Notes under the pieces: model-generated
Seen by the model: only the letters and a program-made list of their open reading frames with translations
Told to the model about the DNA's origin: nothing
Database searches by the model: none
Translations under genes and position numbers: made by a program
Shown here: positions 60,992-64,000 of the stretch, in pieces
Numbering within the stretch: position 1 is the first letter of the stretch
Layout of the letters: each line of letters begins with the position of its first letter
Source of the DNA: Pristiophorus japonicus
Lineage: Eukaryota
NCBI RefSeq assembly: GCF_044704955.1
Contig: NC_091994.1
Span: forward strand, 25,606,001-25,670,000
Direction of reading: 5' to 3'
Length of the DNA: 64,000 bases

Positions 60992-61410
60992 AGGGTATTG
61001 TAGCATAGTGGTTATGTCACTGAATGAGCAATTCAAAAGCTGGTCTAAAAATCCAGAGACTTGAGTTCAAATCCTACCATAGCAGCTGGGGAATTTAACT
61101 TCTGTAATTAAATATCAGTACCATGAAACTATCGAATTTTTGTAAAAACCCAACTGGAACCTGCCGTCCTTACCCACTCCAGACCAACAGCAGTGGGACT
61201 GACTCTTTACTGCCCTCTGAAATGACCGAGCAAGCCATTCAGTTGTACCAAACCGCTGTGAAAAAGGCAGCACTATGCGAGTACCTTCACCACACGGACT
61301 GCAGCGGTTCAAGAAGGCGGCCCACCACCACCTTCCGAAGGCAATTAGGGATGGGCAATAAATGTCGGCCTTGCCAGCAACACCCACATCCCGTGAACGA
61401 ATACATTTTT
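60992..61410 (+). mobile_element. tRNA-derived SINE with LINE-derived tail
   Basis: A-box tagcatagtgg (61001-61011), B-box gagttcaaatcc (61063-61074); tail 61270-61400 matches the LINE 3' ends at 43005-43120 and 51355-51470. Confidence 0.85.
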
Positions 61411-62639
61411 TAAAAGTTATTTTATTCTTTGCTGACCATACCCGCGAGGCGTAAGCAGCTAGTCTTTTTTTCAACCAGAAACTTCTGATAGTGACCCTTG
61501 AAAAGCTTGGTAACTCCAGCATCCATTGGCTGAAGCTTGGAAGTGCTAGTCTTTTGGATGACAGGCAAGTTCCATATTAGCTAGGGTAGAAATTTCAGGA
61601 TTTGCAGGGCAGAGATTGAACATACCCCTCAAAAATTGTAAAAATCATCCAAGATCGCTGATTGAAACGGTAAATGAAAACATCTAGGCCGTTCCCTTTT
61701 ACTGATGAACAGAAGGGGGAAGCTTGTCAGGTCCGTTCATATTGGTGCTCAGATGAGTCATGCACTCCTCGGTCCTTTTCCCACCAAGGCGCTCCTTGTC
61801 GCGAAAGTTGCGAGCCCCCCCCCTGAACAGAAGCTTCTAGGAAAGTACCGCTTCATGGAAATTGAACCCATCGCACTTTTGAAATAATGCAGGCAAAGTT
61901 AATTAAATCATTCCTTTGTCATTCCAGGGATAACTTCATTGGCTTCTCTGACTATTTTCATTTGAATTATAGCATGAACATTTTCCAATCTCTTATCCAT
62001 CCCAAGTGGACCTTGGTGAGATTGCTAAACCCAATTTCTTATGCAATTTTGATGGCTTTTTCCAATAAAATTTATGCTGAAATTCCAGCTGGATTTGTAC
62101 CGCGCGCTGCCTTGAACCATTCAAGACATTCTGCTCCACTGTCCTTGAGTTTAGATGTGTACAACCATTTCATGTCACTTCTGAAATGTTTGCTTCTGGC
62201 CCATTTCAAGACAGAATCCCATTGCTTTTAGTAGATTTCGATGATGGCTGCCTGGAGATGCCAACTGTGGTTGGATGTGTCCTGGAGGTTTCATCACATG
62301 ACCTCTCACCTGCAACTGCTCCACCCAGCCTTACTTCCCCATCTTCAGTATTTTTATGAGTAATAGATGAAAGTGTTAAAAAAAATGAAAACAAAACCCC
62401 TTTTTTTAATGCCCCTCTGATTTTGCCACTGGGTTGCTTGCAGCAGTGTCAGTGACATTTTATCTTTAATTCCTGGAGACATTAGGACTATCCTCGAGGG
62501 TTGGCAACGCGAGTGACTCCATATTCTTATGCTAATGCAGTCAGTGGGTTTGACATTTTGTCCCAAGCAGCCTGTAATTTCTGTGCTGTAAATTTGATAT
62601 AATTCTATGTAATTTCATACATTTGAGCCACAAAGTAAA

Positions 62640-62765
62640 AAAAGAAAGACTTGGATTTATATAGCGCCTTTCACGACCACCGGACGTCTCAAAGCGCTTT
62701 ACAGCCAATGAATTACTTTTTGAAGTGTAGCCACCGTTCCTACATTACAATAGTGACTATACTTT
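62640..62765 (-). mobile_element. DeuSINE-like 3' tail with local inversion
   Basis: aaagaaagacttggatttatatagcgcctttcacgacc..gcgctttacagccaatga..gaagtgtag. Confidence 0.65.
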
Positions 62766-63427
62766 CTCTCTTATTTTAATTTCAACTTCGCAAAAATAAC
62801 ACCCGCTATGGGTGCTAAATTACAGACCCTTCTGAATAGCCTCCCATGCCCGCCCACCCTATAGGAAGCCTCATCTTGTAGGAATGTGGAGCAAATACGA
62901 GCAAACAAGCCAGATAGGTCAATCTGTGGTCATTAAAACTGCCACATGCAATGAAAACTTTGGAGATTTACACATCAACAGAGAGAGAGCTACACACCGA
63001 CAGAGAGCGAGAGAGAGAGAGCTAAATACCGAGAGAGTGAGAGACAGCTACACACGGACAGATAGAAAGTCACACACCGACTAAGAGCTAAATATCAAGG
63101 TGTCTTTACCCAGTAAACATTCAGGGAATCAGAATCTTTTAGGTTTTAGGCCTTTGCCCATTGGACACGCAGCGGGAGACTCATTAAAAAGAGGACAACT
63201 TCTGCTAAATTTGTGGTCCTTGATTTGTGGAGTGCTTTAATGTTTGGTGAGGTTGTTCATCCAGCGAAGTTCTGCACCTGTTGGCTAATAAGATATTGTT
63301 ACACTCGGGTACCAAGTGTAGAAATTTCTTGATCCATTCGACACAAGGTGCCTGGAGAAAGGGGGAAGGCCGTCAATTTATGACCAGGACATATTTCTTC
63401 TATTCTTCACAATGCAAGTTGTCGTTA

Positions 63428-63630
63428 GGAACATAGGAACAGGAGTAGGCCATTCAGCCCCTCGAGGCTGTTCCACCAATCAATGGCTGATCTGTATCCT
63501 AACTCCCATTTATCCACCTTGGCTCCAACATCCCTTCATACCCTTGGCCAGAAAAAATCTATCGATTTTGTTTGGAACACAGTATAACATTAATCGATCT
63601 TTTGTTAATTGGGACTGCAGATCTGCATAA
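63428..63630 (-). mobile_element. CR1 3' tail fragment
   Basis: ggaacataggaacaggagtaggccattcagcccctcgag. Confidence 0.8.
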
Positions 63631-63739
63631 CAATTAGACAAATTATAACATTATACGGCTATAACAAGACACAAACTCAAATGTGTACAAAACCTACCAA
63701 GCATGCTGACAGCAGCCACCATTATAACATTATACAGAT

Positions 63740-64000
63740 TATAACAATAGGTTTACAAGAATGGTTCCAGGGATTAGGGACTTCAGCTACGTGGATAGAT
63801 TGCAGAAGCTGGGGTTGTTCTCCTTAGAACAGAGAAGGTTGAGAGGAGATTTGATAGAGGTATTTAAATCATGAGGGGTCTAGACAGAGTAGATAGAGCG
63901 AAACTGTTCCCATTGGTGGAAGGGTCGAGAACCAGAGGACACAGATTTAAGGTGATTGGCAGAAGACCATAGGCGACATGAGGAAAAACCTTTTTACACT
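63740..64000 (+). mobile_element. CR1 ORF2 C-terminal fragment running off the window
   Basis: Encodes RMVPGIRDFSYVDRLQKLGLFSLEQRRLRGDLIEVF..TRGHRFKVIG. Confidence 0.9.

Noticed and set aside
60992-61080. tRNA gene
   Set aside because: A and B boxes are present but there is no clean cloverleaf and it continues into a SINE body and tail.
62250-62512. Small DNA transposon with tgccaac/gttggca ends
   Set aside because: TIR-like motifs are present but too degraded to fix boundaries or a TSD.
1-64000. Prokaryotic systems (operons, CRISPR arrays, defence islands, retrons)
   Set aside because: The RT ORFs are non-LTR retrotransposon types with vertebrate-style tails; coding density is low, spliceosomal intron signals are present and there are no repeat-spacer arrays.

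Overview
This is eukaryotic, repeat-dense non-coding DNA, not prokaryotic. The repeat repertoire points to a cartilaginous fish (shark), inferred from repeat families only: CR1 LINEs with (TTCTATGT)n/(TTCTTATG)n tails, RTE LINEs, L2 tails, LF-SINE-like and DeuSINE-like SINEs, Penelope elements, and PIF/Harbinger elements with many MITEs. I recognise no intact host gene, rRNA, true tRNA or CRISPR array. Main contents: (1) two young, near-identical CR1 LINEs in direct orientation, 16142-19582 (5'-truncated) and 24465-28705 (near full length); (2) two RTE LINEs lying tail-to-tail; (3) a complete but decayed two-gene PIF/Harbinger transposon (37665-42996) with a DDE transposase and a spliced Myb/SANT partner gene; (4) an older Harbinger that hosts nested insertions; (5) Penelope fragments, including a GIY-YIG remnant and a hammerhead-ribozyme motif; (6) solo LTRs. 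The most unexpected item is an orphan, decayed exon resembling the N-terminal region of DNA helicase B (HELB) at about 12388-12816 (-). All family names come from motif recognition by eye, not database searches. Boundaries of old repeats are approximate.
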